Shown here piece by piece: positions 8,940 to 18,063 of a stretch of 26,143 nt of DNA. A program made the translations under genes and the position numbers. Origin of the DNA: Candidatus Hermodarchaeota archaeon (GTDB taxonomy: Archaea; Asgardarchaeota; Hermodarchaeia; Hermodarchaeales; Hermodarchaeaceae). A model generated the notes under the pieces. That model made no database searches, was not told the DNA's origin, and saw only the letters and a program-made list of their open reading frames with translations. Each line of letters opens with the position of its first letter. The stretch's first letter is position 1. The stretch spans positions 1 through 26,143 of the forward strand of contig JAEOTB010000048.1 of the NCBI GenBank assembly GCA_016840065.1, in the 5' to 3' direction.

Positions 8940-9440
8940 TTACCCTCTTGGATGCGTTCTCGACCAGGCTTGAATCTGGTGTATGTGTTGTTGGCTTTGC
9001 GCCATTCCGCGTCGGTCACCAAGTTCACTGAATAACTGGTACCCCCTTTGTGCCTTCTCAAGGGCTTCATCATACCGCTGCAGCTTTGCCAAGACGATAC
9101 TGAGATTCCCTAGCTGGTTCGCCATTCCTCGCTTATCTCCCGCCTCCTGGCTCAGGCGAACTGCCTCTTCGAGTTTAACTAACGCCTCTTGAAGCTGTCC
9201 CGTTTGCATCAACACGTTACCCATATTCCCAAGATTGTATGCGATCCATTCCTTGTCGCCCGATTTTTGGTAGAACTGAAGCGCTTTCTCCATCATTTCT
9301 ATAGCCTCTTCGAAGCGCCCCATCTGAGTCAATATCACTCCGATGTTGCTCTGCAATTCAGCTACTCCTAGAGGGTTCCCCATTTGCTGATTGTACTTCA
9401 ACAAGTCAAGGTGTTCCCTCAATGCGGCCTCTAAATTCAT
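8940..9440 (-). CDS. Tetratricopeptide repeat protein (~40-aa TPR units)
   Basis: Three to four repeats such as NIGVILTQMGRFEEAIEMMEKAL, NMGNVLMQTGQLQEALVKLEEAV and NLSIVLAKLQRYDEALEKAQRG. ATG at 9440 follows AGGTGA and is preferred over the TTG at 9596. Confidence 0.88.
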   Translation of the reverse strand: MNLEAALREHLDLLKYNQQMGNPLGVAELQSNIGVILTQMGRFEEAIEMMEKALQFYQKSGDKEWIAYNLGNMGNVLMQTGQLQEALVKLEEAVRLSQEAGDKRGMANQLGNLSIVLAKLQRYDEALEKAQRGYQLFSELGDRRGMAQSQQHIHQIQAWSRTHPRG

Positions 9441-9608
9441 ACATTCACCTGTAACACTATCTTGGTAAAACATTTCCGCCCTCAGAGTCCCTGATGGACT
9501 AATCGACAAGAATAACCAAGTAAAACTCAACCTGGGCGATTCCAGAAAAAAGAAAGGGTTGGGAACCGTACTAGATTTCGTTAAATACGATCCCAATTAG
9601 AGCGTGTA

Positions 9609-11339
9609 TTAGGCGCCACGCCGGCGAATAAGACAGACAACCACTACAATGACAATCACTATTATTATCACTGCAACGATAACAAGGATTAACAAAAGGG
9701 GTATCCCACCAGCTCCCGCTCCTGGAAGAGCTAGCTGGAAAGCACCAGCGCCGCCATATGATGCTACTCTGATGTAATAGGTTGTACCAGATGTAAGGGT
9801 TCCTGTGACAGATTCATCTGAATCAGGGGAGGTATCCGAATCCATCAGTACTAGAGAGCCTGGGGCTCCAGAATAGAGATAGAGGTCAAAGTCTACGCCG
9901 GTGTTCTGCATCGCATCAAGGTTGAAAGTCTGAGAACCAGAAGTAGCAGCAGTGTAGCTGAAGAAGACGTTATCGCCAGTTCCTTCAAGGTATCCATAAC
10001 AGTACCCTGATGAAACGTTGAAAGCTGTATATTGGGTTTCACCGATGTCGAGGAAGGGACCGAGGAACTCATCGAAATCAGTGTCAGTCAGCAGATCCAA
10101 GGAGTAGGCTCCGTGGTCCTCGAAGGCAATGGCCATCCCTGTGGAACCGGGTAATCCAGAGAGGTGCGCCTCATCGGTCACCGCAGTCAAATGCGCAGTG
10201 TTGAGGGCTGACGCATACCCAGCAATGGTAGCATCGGTGATGGCACCAGCGGCGGCAGAGGCGAAGCCTCCCAAGTCAATGAAGGTGAGGTCAGTGAAAG
10301 CTTGAGCCTGTCCAATGGCATAGCTTATTGCACCGTACTGGGCTTCAAGGGTTGCCGTGGGGAGAAGAGCCGATGAGAATGTGTCTAGGGCAGTACCAAC
10401 AGCTCCAATCGAAGATGTTTGGACAGCTGAAAGACCGACATTACCGACATTAGGGTCATAGTAGATTCCGCCAGTGTTGTAGGCGGTGTGGTACCGAGTT
10501 ACTAGCTGAGTGCACAAGCTTGCAGGAGTAATACTGGGGCTGTTCACAACATCGGGCAGCCACTCTTGGTAGGGAAAGCCCGACAAGGGGATTGTGTCTT
10601 CTGAAAAGACCACATAATCAGTTTCACCCACAAGCTGATACGCGACTTCTATCTGAGCCATGAGACAAGCATCAAAGGCGACAATATCAACATCAGTTAT
10701 GGAGGGGTCAGCCAGTACTGATTCAATCTCAGCCATGGTCAACCAGTTTCCACCAGGGTCATCATCAAAACAGACTCCAGGATAGCCTGCACCGTGATTC
10801 CATAGGATTAGTAGGTAGTTGTTTGCTGGGGCGAAGGACTGAGCTGTCTGGATGAAGCCTAGCAAGACACCGGGAAGCCCACAGTCAGGAGAAAAGGCAG
10901 CAATATACTGCGAATTAATAGTGCCAGAGGTATCATACGTGACGTTGTATATTCCCTGGTCACTAAAATGGGCATCAAAGTCTGCTGCAACAATGATGTT
11001 GACATCATCCGTGGATCCTACCGTCTCCATATCGTTGAAGTCCTGGTAACCTACAGCGTCCAAGTTGTTGTCAGCACAAAGATAGACCATTATCGTCCAG
11101 TCTAATGTTTGACGTGTCGGGTTCTGTTCTGAAGAAACCTCAGCTGGGGCTTCTTGGGGAATCACTGGTTCAAGTATGGTGGAAGTTCTAGGGTCAGCGT
11201 CGAAGAATCGTGTCATACTTGGCGCTTGGAGCTTGTGGGAAGATCCAGATGAGATGCCAAGTATCATCGCTGGTGCAACTGAAGAAGTGGCAAACGTTGC
11301 GAAAAGAAGTGTTATAACAAGTAACCGTGTAACTTTCAT
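9609..11339 (-). CDS. Clostripain-family (C11) cysteine peptidase, secreted and C-terminally membrane-anchored, with a PPC-like domain
   Basis: Signal peptide, WTIMVYLCADNNL, LILWNHGAG (catalytic His), DIVAFDACLM (catalytic Cys), PPC-like DFDLYLY...GTTYYIRV, then a long hydrophobic helix followed by RRRGA. Confidence 0.92.
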   Translation of the reverse strand: MKVTRLLVITLLFATFATSSVAPAMILGISSGSSHKLQAPSMTRFFDADPRTSTILEPVIPQEAPAEVSSEQNPTRQTLDWTIMVYLCADNNLDAVGYQDFNDMETVGSTDDVNIIVAADFDAHFSDQGIYNVTYDTSGTINSQYIAAFSPDCGLPGVLLGFIQTAQSFAPANNYLLILWNHGAGYPGVCFDDDPGGNWLTMAEIESVLADPSITDVDIVAFDACLMAQIEVAYQLVGETDYVVFSEDTIPLSGFPYQEWLPDVVNSPSITPASLCTQLVTRYHTAYNTGGIYYDPNVGNVGLSAVQTSSIGAVGTALDTFSSALLPTATLEAQYGAISYAIGQAQAFTDLTFIDLGGFASAAAGAITDATIAGYASALNTAHLTAVTDEAHLSGLPGSTGMAIAFEDHGAYSLDLLTDTDFDEFLGPFLDIGETQYTAFNVSSGYCYGYLEGTGDNVFFSYTAATSGSQTFNLDAMQNTGVDFDLYLYSGAPGSLVLMDSDTSPDSDESVTGTLTSGTTYYIRVASYGGAGAFQLALPGAGAGGIPLLLILVIVAVIIIVIVIVVVVCLIRRRGA

Positions 11340-11477
11340 GGTAGGTAACAGGAGTTATCCGATAATAAATCTGTTCATTTAACGGATGTCAAACAGGGTA
11401 GTGAATTCTGCGCCTAAAAAGGACTTTTAAGAAGAAACCCCGTTCTCTCTTCCTATCAATCATGGTGGGTTTTGGTA

Positions 11478-12812
11478 ATGTCAGCTAGACGCCCAATATC
11501 TGAAAACAAAGACGGGGACAAGATAAATTTCGTCGAGTTACTCACCGTTGACATCTTTGGGCAACCCAAGGGGTTAACGGTACCAATCAGTCCCGTGGAC
11601 TCCGTGGAACCGCTTGCCAGCGGGGCTGTTCCCATTCCCAATGGCAGTATTGATGGCTCCTCGGTTCGGGGTCTCAAGCAGGTCTCCAACTCCGATATCC
11701 GCCTCATTCCTGACATTTCCACGGTAACCGAGTTACCAGCGGCTTCTCCTCGCCGGGCCTGTGTCTTCACCAACATGTTTCGGCGCAGCTCAACAGGGGA
11801 TCTTGAACCACATCCCCTCTCCTCCCGGTCCATCCTTCACAACCTGCTTAAGCAGCTCGCAGCCAGGAAGATTTCTGTACGGGTCAAACTTGAGCCAGAA
11901 TTCTACTATCTGCAGGAAACAGGTGAGCCACTGGACCGAGGCAAGTACGCAGAACTCTTCCCAAAGAACCTAGGTCAGGATTTACTCTTAGAGACAGCAC
12001 TGGACCTGCGGTTAGCGGGAATTGAAACCCGGTGGTTGCATTCAGAACTAGGTGAAGGGCAACAGGAAATCGAAATAGACTTTACTGATTTGGGTCGGGC
12101 TGCAGACAACCTAATTCTCTTCAAGCTGCTAGTACACCGGTGCGCAGCACACCATGGTGTTGAAGCAACCTTCATGCCAAAGCCTTTCCCTGACCAAGCA
12201 GGTAGCGGCCTTCACTGCCACATCCAGCTCTGGCAAGATGGTAAAAACATCCTAGGCCAGTCTGATGGCTCCCTTTCAAGCCAAGGACACTACTTTGTTG
12301 CAGGACTCCTAAAACACGCACCAGCAATCACTGCAATCGCCAACTCCACGATTAACTCTTACAAGCGGCTGGTGCCAGACTTTGAGGCTCCTACCCACAT
12401 CGCCTGGGGATATATGAACCGTTCAGCCCTCATTAGGATCCCTCTATTTACCGAAGCTGAAAAGGCAGCTGTGGAGTTCCGTTCACCTGATCCTCTTGCT
12501 AATCCCTATATTCTTCTGACAGCTCTCATCACTGCAGGTCTTGACGGGCTAGACCATAAACACCAATCTCCACAACCCATTAGTGAAAACCTCTACAAGC
12601 TCTCAGCACGGCAAAGGGCAAAACAGGGAGTAAAGAGCCTCCCACAAACTCTGAAGGCAGCGCTCCAAGCCTTCCAGAAAGATACAATCCTCCAAAGCCA
12701 ACTAGGAAAGGAGTTCTGCGAACTATACCACGAGATTCACTTGGCAGAGTGGGAAGACTATACTTTGAAATCAGTCACCGACTTTGAATGGGACCGGTAC
12801 CTTCAAAGATGA
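11478..12812 (+). CDS. glnA: Glutamine synthetase type I family
   Basis: DGSS, EPEFY, E.GEGQQEIE, FMPKPF...GSGLHCH, NSYKRLVP.FEAP, NRSALIRIP and EFRSPDP.ANPY. Start is ATG 11478 or TTG 11472. Confidence 0.9.
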   Translation: MSARRPISENKDGDKINFVELLTVDIFGQPKGLTVPISPVDSVEPLASGAVPIPNGSIDGSSVRGLKQVSNSDIRLIPDISTVTELPAASPRRACVFTNMFRRSSTGDLEPHPLSSRSILHNLLKQLAARKISVRVKLEPEFYYLQETGEPLDRGKYAELFPKNLGQDLLLETALDLRLAGIETRWLHSELGEGQQEIEIDFTDLGRAADNLILFKLLVHRCAAHHGVEATFMPKPFPDQAGSGLHCHIQLWQDGKNILGQSDGSLSSQGHYFVAGLLKHAPAITAIANSTINSYKRLVPDFEAPTHIAWGYMNRSALIRIPLFTEAEKAAVEFRSPDPLANPYILLTALITAGLDGLDHKHQSPQPISENLYKLSARQRAKQGVKSLPQTLKAALQAFQKDTILQSQLGKEFCELYHEIHLAEWEDYTLKSVTDFEWDRYLQR

Positions 12813-12906
12813 ATCAATTGACGCGTAGTTTGCACAACACAAGGCTAAGCCTTTTGAAGTTAGAGACGCACACAAGAGCGTTACTCTTTGTGAATGGAGG
12901 TATCCG

Positions 12907-14484
12907 ATGTCTCGGTCAAAAGGCGGTACAAAGATTGTATTAACCGCTTCTGAAATCGAGATGTCTAACTTTCGTAACGACCCTTTCGCTGCCTTTGCTG
13001 GCTCATTTCTCCCCGCCCCTGGGATTGTAAAACGGTTTTTCTACCCAGAAACCAAAGGCTTTGGAGACAAAAGAGCGAAGATAGCACCTTACGGTCTTCG
13101 CAAAATAGAAGCACTCCTCCTTGAAAACGGATTCACACCCTCAGAGGTTGCGGTTGTCCATCCCAAGAAGCTCAAATATTTCATTGGACCTGAAACCCGG
13201 GTTGTGGGCATCTCAAGCATGGATCCGCTTGGTATTGCCTATGTCTCCCTGACCTACTCGAACCTCTTCACCTCTGGAGGTGAACCAAACAATCGCACTG
13301 AATTTCGGAACCTACTACTGAACACGTCAATCACCAAAGCACGACAAAAGGGGCAAATCAAGGTGATTGTTGGAGGTGCAGGCGCATGGCAACTTGCACC
13401 AAAAACAATCCGTGAGTTCCTCGGTATTGACTGTGTCCTAACTGGAGAGGGAGAAGAAGTGGTAGTGGATGTCTTTCGTCGAGCCATAAAGGGAGAACCA
13501 ATTCCACCAGTTGTACAGGGCAATTCCCCGAGAAACCCTGAGGATATCCCCTTAATCAAAGGTGAGGCAGTTCATGGTTGCGTAGAGATAACGAGGGGCT
13601 GCGGGCGGGGCTGCCAGTTCTGCTCACCAACCCAGCGTCAACGAATGTCAATTCCACTTGACCGAATCCTCAAAGAAGTCAAAGTAAATGTTGATTCAGG
13701 AGCAGAAATGATCATTCTAGCAACTGAGGACATCTTCCTTTATGGTCTAAAATCCCGCCGCTTCCTACCTAACCGGGAACGCATCGTAAAACTCGTCAAA
13801 GCCATCGCCGAGGTTCCTGGAGTCAAGTATGTCCAACCCGCCCACATGGCACTATCACCTGTCGTCGCAGACCCCAAGTGTGTCGAGGAAATGGCTGAGA
13901 TCCTCATTACAAAATCAAGTTATCGTCGCCGAGGAAAACCCTACATCACTGCTGAAGCAGGTGTAGAAACAGGTAGTCCAAGGCTGTTCAAAGAAAAAAT
14001 GGCAGGAAAAGCCCTTCCCTTCAAACCCAAAGAATGGCCCGATATAGTGGTGCAGTCCTTCGGCATCCTCAATGACAACAACTGGAACCCGCTAACCACC
14101 TGGATTGTGGGACTTCCAGGCGAACGGGAAGAAGATGTCCTTGCCTCACTTGAACTCCTTGACCGCCTCAAAGGTGCAATCGCCTTCTATGTGCCCTTAC
14201 TCTTCATACCCTTGCGCCCATCGATTCTCAGCGAAGGAAGCCGTCCAGAGATAGAATCCCTAACTGATTTGCAATGGGAGTTCTTCACAAGGTCCTGGGA
14301 ATACAATCTAGATATCTGGCGGCGACCCCTTTCGCCAACTCCACGAAACCTGATATCCAGTCTTCTTCTTCCAATTCTAGGAGGGCTGTTCTATTTTGGG
14401 TCAGCAGCACGAAAACCAACAGGGCCCATGATGAAACGCTTAATCTTTCGTTCCATGAGAAGAGCATTTCTAGAACCCAGCTAG
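12907..14484 (+). CDS. B12-binding-domain radical SAM protein of the archaeal Grs/Gms-like (GDGT-modifying) family
   Basis: CxxxCxxC motif (EITRGCGRGCQFC), APYGLRKIEA.L, MDPLG, VIVGGAGAWQL and GVETGS; GGAGG RBS. The radical SAM call is firm; the subfamily comes from recalled motifs. Confidence 0.85.
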   Translation: MSRSKGGTKIVLTASEIEMSNFRNDPFAAFAGSFLPAPGIVKRFFYPETKGFGDKRAKIAPYGLRKIEALLLENGFTPSEVAVVHPKKLKYFIGPETRVVGISSMDPLGIAYVSLTYSNLFTSGGEPNNRTEFRNLLLNTSITKARQKGQIKVIVGGAGAWQLAPKTIREFLGIDCVLTGEGEEVVVDVFRRAIKGEPIPPVVQGNSPRNPEDIPLIKGEAVHGCVEITRGCGRGCQFCSPTQRQRMSIPLDRILKEVKVNVDSGAEMIILATEDIFLYGLKSRRFLPNRERIVKLVKAIAEVPGVKYVQPAHMALSPVVADPKCVEEMAEILITKSSYRRRGKPYITAEAGVETGSPRLFKEKMAGKALPFKPKEWPDIVVQSFGILNDNNWNPLTTWIVGLPGEREEDVLASLELLDRLKGAIAFYVPLLFIPLRPSILSEGSRPEIESLTDLQWEFFTRSWEYNLDIWRRPLSPTPRNLISSLLLPILGGLFYFGSAARKPTGPMMKRLIFRSMRRAFLEPS

Positions 14485-14516
14485 ATAATTCAGCTAGAAC
14501 TTCTCGTAATAAAGTC

Positions 14517-15065
14517 TTAATCTAGCTTAGCGCCGCATTTCAGACAGAAACCGTCACCAGGGCGGAAACGTTTCCCGCACTCCTCACAAAACTTTGGGAT
14601 AGGCTTCTCAAAACCCCTTGTCTTACCTGGAGAAGCTCCCTCTGCTACCCCGCTATCAATGGGCGGTATTTTAGGAGCCTCCTTAACCACGGGTTTTACA
14701 CCTCGGTGCTCCCGTACCTCATTGAGGAGCCGCTTATGCAAGACCCTCCAGATATTTCGGGTATTATTCTGAGTTCCGTGCTTTGGACACGATAGCGTGA
14801 ACGTCACTTCAGATTCAGTAGAAGCACTAAGAGCAACAGGATTAAGTTGGTAACCACACAGAGCGCAACGGTAAAGGCGATCCGCCACGGTCTTGGCCCA
14901 GATATTCAAAGCCGAGTGATCAAGAATTAAGGATTGAGGGGTGCGGTGGCGGGGACAAACAACTAGTGCTGAAACCTTGTTATCCCGTGTACGCTCCAAA
15001 GACAGCACCACAAGTGGAGCACCACAATTGCACGTGAAATTAGCTTCGATTGCATCCTGAACCAA
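14517..15065 (-). CDS. Soluble metal-binding protein: two Cx(1-2)C-x22-CPxH units plus a C-terminal double zinc ribbon
   Basis: CNCG..CPRH, CALCG..CPKH and FCEECG..FCLKCG. TTG start follows AAGGTGA. Confidence 0.85.
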   Translation of the reverse strand: MVQDAIEANFTCNCGAPLVVLSLERTRDNKVSALVVCPRHRTPQSLILDHSALNIWAKTVADRLYRCALCGYQLNPVALSASTESEVTFTLSCPKHGTQNNTRNIWRVLHKRLLNEVREHRGVKPVVKEAPKIPPIDSGVAEGASPGKTRGFEKPIPKFCEECGKRFRPGDGFCLKCGAKLD

Positions 15066-15190
15066 ATTAAATCACCTTAACTTGTCCGCACAACCTCTTT
15101 CTACGAATGATCATCAGTGATTCGTTTCCAGAGTTGAGTTAAGCACCTCTGCTAACTGAGGCAATATAAACTTCACCAACTCAGCAGATT

Positions 15191-16174
15191 CTAGTGAAGC
15201 AAGGACCCACAGCGATAGCAGTACTCATCTCCCACTTCAACCTGCACACCACAATCTGAACAGAACTGGCGGGATATTCCACGCTGAACCGATCTCTGCC
15301 TCACCCTGGGATATTGAGGGGTAGCTGTCTGAACGGGAGAAACCCTAACAGGGCGATGTACGCGTACAGTTGGGTGGCGTCCTGGGACAACATGTTGACT
15401 GTGGAATCCCACATCAACCTCAGGCCTGCCAGCCACATTGTGGTATAGGGGTGCCCAGATTCTCCGCCAAGCATTTGTACGGTGTCGACCACAAAAGGCG
15501 TTCACTCGCACATAATTGCGTCCCTGATGGCTGGTTCGTAGATGTTCAGTTCGCTCACCACACTTAACACATCGATGTAGACGGTCCTGAAAGACATCTG
15601 TCCATCCGTCCATCCAAGCTAGGGGTAGCTTAATGAGCTCGGATACTTTATCCAAGGGACAAATCGTTTTTACGAGCACTAAATGCCGACTCCCAATCGC
15701 GGAGAGAACAACAAGGGGTGCTCCGCAGAACCTACAAGAGAGCTTACTGTGCCACCTACCGCCTAAGGAAGTGGCAACTCCTCGCCAAGGGAAGCCTGTT
15801 ACTCTACGAGCGCGCTTCACTCTGCCCCAGATGGTGTCGCAAACACCTCCCGCTATTATGAGGCTGATACCTGAAAGGATGAGTATGAAGTTAAACATAC
15901 TGAGAATGCCACAGATCAGTATAATGAATCCTATTAACAAAAATCTGAAGCCAGCCTTGTCTGGAGTTCGCTGTACATAAGATGATGCGTGAATTGATAT
16001 AACCGCCCCCGAAAGGCATATCATGAAGAGGGGGAGGAAAAGAAACCACCTAATTGGAGACAGAAGAAACAAGTACGGGAAAGAGAAGGGCAGCATAAGA
16101 GCTACCAGGGGGCTCAGCACGGCCCCGATTCCGCCTAGAATTCCTAGGGTTTCAGCCGACGTAAATTGACTCAT
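15191..16174 (-). CDS. Membrane protein (about 4 TM helices) with the same two metal-binding units and a C-terminal double zinc ribbon
   Basis: Hydrophobic N-terminal ~110 aa, then CRFCGAPLVVLS..CPLD, DRLHRCVKCG..CGRH and FCSDCG..YCYRCG. Paralogous to 14517-15065. Confidence 0.85.
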   Translation of the reverse strand: MSQFTSAETLGILGGIGAVLSPLVALMLPFSFPYLFLLSPIRWFLFLPLFMICLSGAVISIHASSYVQRTPDKAGFRFLLIGFIILICGILSMFNFILILSGISLIIAGGVCDTIWGRVKRARRVTGFPWRGVATSLGGRWHSKLSCRFCGAPLVVLSAIGSRHLVLVKTICPLDKVSELIKLPLAWMDGWTDVFQDRLHRCVKCGERTEHLRTSHQGRNYVRVNAFCGRHRTNAWRRIWAPLYHNVAGRPEVDVGFHSQHVVPGRHPTVRVHRPVRVSPVQTATPQYPRVRQRSVQRGISRQFCSDCGVQVEVGDEYCYRCGSLLH

Positions 16175-16401
16175 CTAACCATTCCTCCAAGATAGTCGGT
16201 ACTCTACTAGATAGATACTGAATCCGTGATTAAAAAGGTTGACCTTCACGGCAATAGAACACCTTTCTTGCTCACGGATTCCGTAAACTACCGCACCAAG
16301 TAGATTCGACAATCCAGCTAAACTAACATATTGGATTACTTTGTATATTGACTCACGACCTTTTTTAGGGCGCTTGTGTAGAAAACCACGCCTAGCATTT
16401 A

Positions 16402-17226
16402 CTAGCCACCAGCCCCCTCGTACCGGTTCCGCCCCCGCCTCCAAACAATCCTGGAAAACCCCCAGAGAATAACTAGCCAAACGGTACTGAGAAGAAAGAT
16501 CGGAATAAGCTGGGATGCTTCATAGAATCCTTGGAGCACAACAACGGGGATGAAATAACAGTACTGAAAGGGAAGCAGGCTCAGAATAGTCTGGGCGACT
16601 GGAGGAAAGAAGGTCAATGGAATAAGACCACCACCAGCGATTAGAGTCGCCAGTGCAACGAGCTGTCGGAGCCACCATTGGCGTCCCACCCAGAAGGTAG
16701 CCAAAGCCAAAGTGAAGTACATAAGAAAAGTGATGGAATAGGATGCAAGCATCAAGGGAAGAAACAAGCCCACATTCACAAGGAGTGGAATCGGCAGGCC
16801 CAGTAGAAAGACGCCACCAACGTATGTGACCGCTCCGAAGCTGAGGAAAAGGAGGGCACGTGGAAGGTCAACAAAGAATGTGTGTCCCATGTAATCGACG
16901 GGCTTGCCAAGATAGGTCACAAGGGGTCCATCGTCGATATCCCGCTCGATTTGACGGCTCATGGCATGTTGAGGGAGCACCTTCTGCAACATGACACTAA
17001 CAAAGAGATAACTGATCAATTGAAACAGCGTGAAGCCACCAATAACCACGCTACTACTGAGGAGCCACGACTGCCAATACACAATCGAATACATGAAGAA
17101 CAAGGCGACCAGCTCTGCAGGAAAGTAGACAAAGTGCGTCAAGAAATTCACTGTATACTCACGAATATTTCGAAAGGAAATGCTGGTGACCGCCCAGTAG
17201 GTCCTGAATCGTGCACGCTGCCGCAT
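16402..17226 (-). CDS. ABC-2 family transporter permease
   Basis: About six hydrophobic segments, YL.KP.DY, G.LIPL.FFP...LPF and a C-terminal RYEGAGG. Likely ATG at 17226, 5 nt after the previous stop. Confidence 0.88.
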   Translation of the reverse strand: MRQRARFRTYWAVTSISFRNIREYTVNFLTHFVYFPAELVALFFMYSIVYWQSWLLSSSVVIGGFTLFQLISYLFVSVMLQKVLPQHAMSRQIERDIDDGPLVTYLGKPVDYMGHTFFVDLPRALLFLSFGAVTYVGGVFLLGLPIPLLVNVGLFLPLMLASYSITFLMYFTLALATFWVGRQWWLRQLVALATLIAGGGLIPLTFFPPVAQTILSLLPFQYCYFIPVVVLQGFYEASQLIPIFLLSTVWLVILWGFSRIVWRRGRNRYEGAGG

Positions 17227-17231
17227 CTCAA

Positions 17232-18062
17232 CTAGCCTCCGACAGGATTGTATCTCCGTAATCCTCGACTGAAAAGAAGACGAAACATCAACAGCCAACC
17301 TAGGAATAAGCCAGCTGCAATTCCCAAGTACAGTAACCCTGCCGATATGGGCAACTGCCCTAGTAAAAGCATCACCGGGACCGTAGCTATGTAGATAACT
17401 GGCAGGATAAATGTCAGAACTTGCTGCACAGTGTGGGGCATAACATCGATTGGCATACGAGCGAACTTCACTTCGATAGCATCCGAAATCTCCAACAGCG
17501 CGTGATTACGCCCAATCCAGAAGGAAAGAGTGGCAAGTCCAGCCCAGAGCGCATACAAGGCTCCTTGCCCAGTGACTAGAGCTAGAAACCCTAGGATCAA
17601 ACCTGGCAGACTAATTGTGAGCCCAAAGGAAATACAGGAAAGCCCAACCATAGCCCCACCAATAGCCACCTGAACAAGCCCCCCGAACCAGAAACTTTCC
17701 GCTAATAACAAGAAAAACGGGCTGACAGGACGGATGAGAAATTTCTCTAGCCCTTCTTCCGTAACATAATGCGGAAGCTCCCACGTACCCATATAAATGA
17801 AGGCGCCTAGACCCCAGGCGATCTCTGTCATACCGATTAATACGGTTAATTCGCCGCGTCCCCACACTGCTATCCCTGCACCTGTGAGAACTGGAACTTG
17901 GGTCGTGATGACATTCCAGAAGACAACATAAGCTGCGAGGTTAACGGCTGAACTGAAGATGGCACCCCAGAGCATAGCCTTGTTCTCTGCGGTCTTGAGG
18001 ACTGAAAGTTTGAAATAGGTTGGTAGCAGCCGCACCTGGCGTAGTAGGTCACGTAGTCCCAT
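17232..18062 (-). CDS. ABC-2 family transporter permease
   Basis: Hydrophobic segments, GLEKFLIRPVSP, FARMP.DV.P and GLRRYNPVGG. ATG at 18062 lies one base after the ATPase stop, with GGAGGTG upstream. Confidence 0.88.
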   Translation of the reverse strand: MGLRDLLRQVRLLPTYFKLSVLKTAENKAMLWGAIFSSAVNLAAYVVFWNVITTQVPVLTGAGIAVWGRGELTVLIGMTEIAWGLGAFIYMGTWELPHYVTEEGLEKFLIRPVSPFFLLLAESFWFGGLVQVAIGGAMVGLSCISFGLTISLPGLILGFLALVTGQGALYALWAGLATLSFWIGRNHALLEISDAIEVKFARMPIDVMPHTVQQVLTFILPVIYIATVPVMLLLGQLPISAGLLYLGIAAGLFLGWLLMFRLLFSRGLRRYNPVGG

Positions 18063-18063
18063 T

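Noticed and set aside
16175-16480. 101-aa minus-strand ORF between the permease and the membrane zinc protein
   Set aside because: Starts inside the permease in another frame, has no RBS or motif, and spans a probable promoter region.
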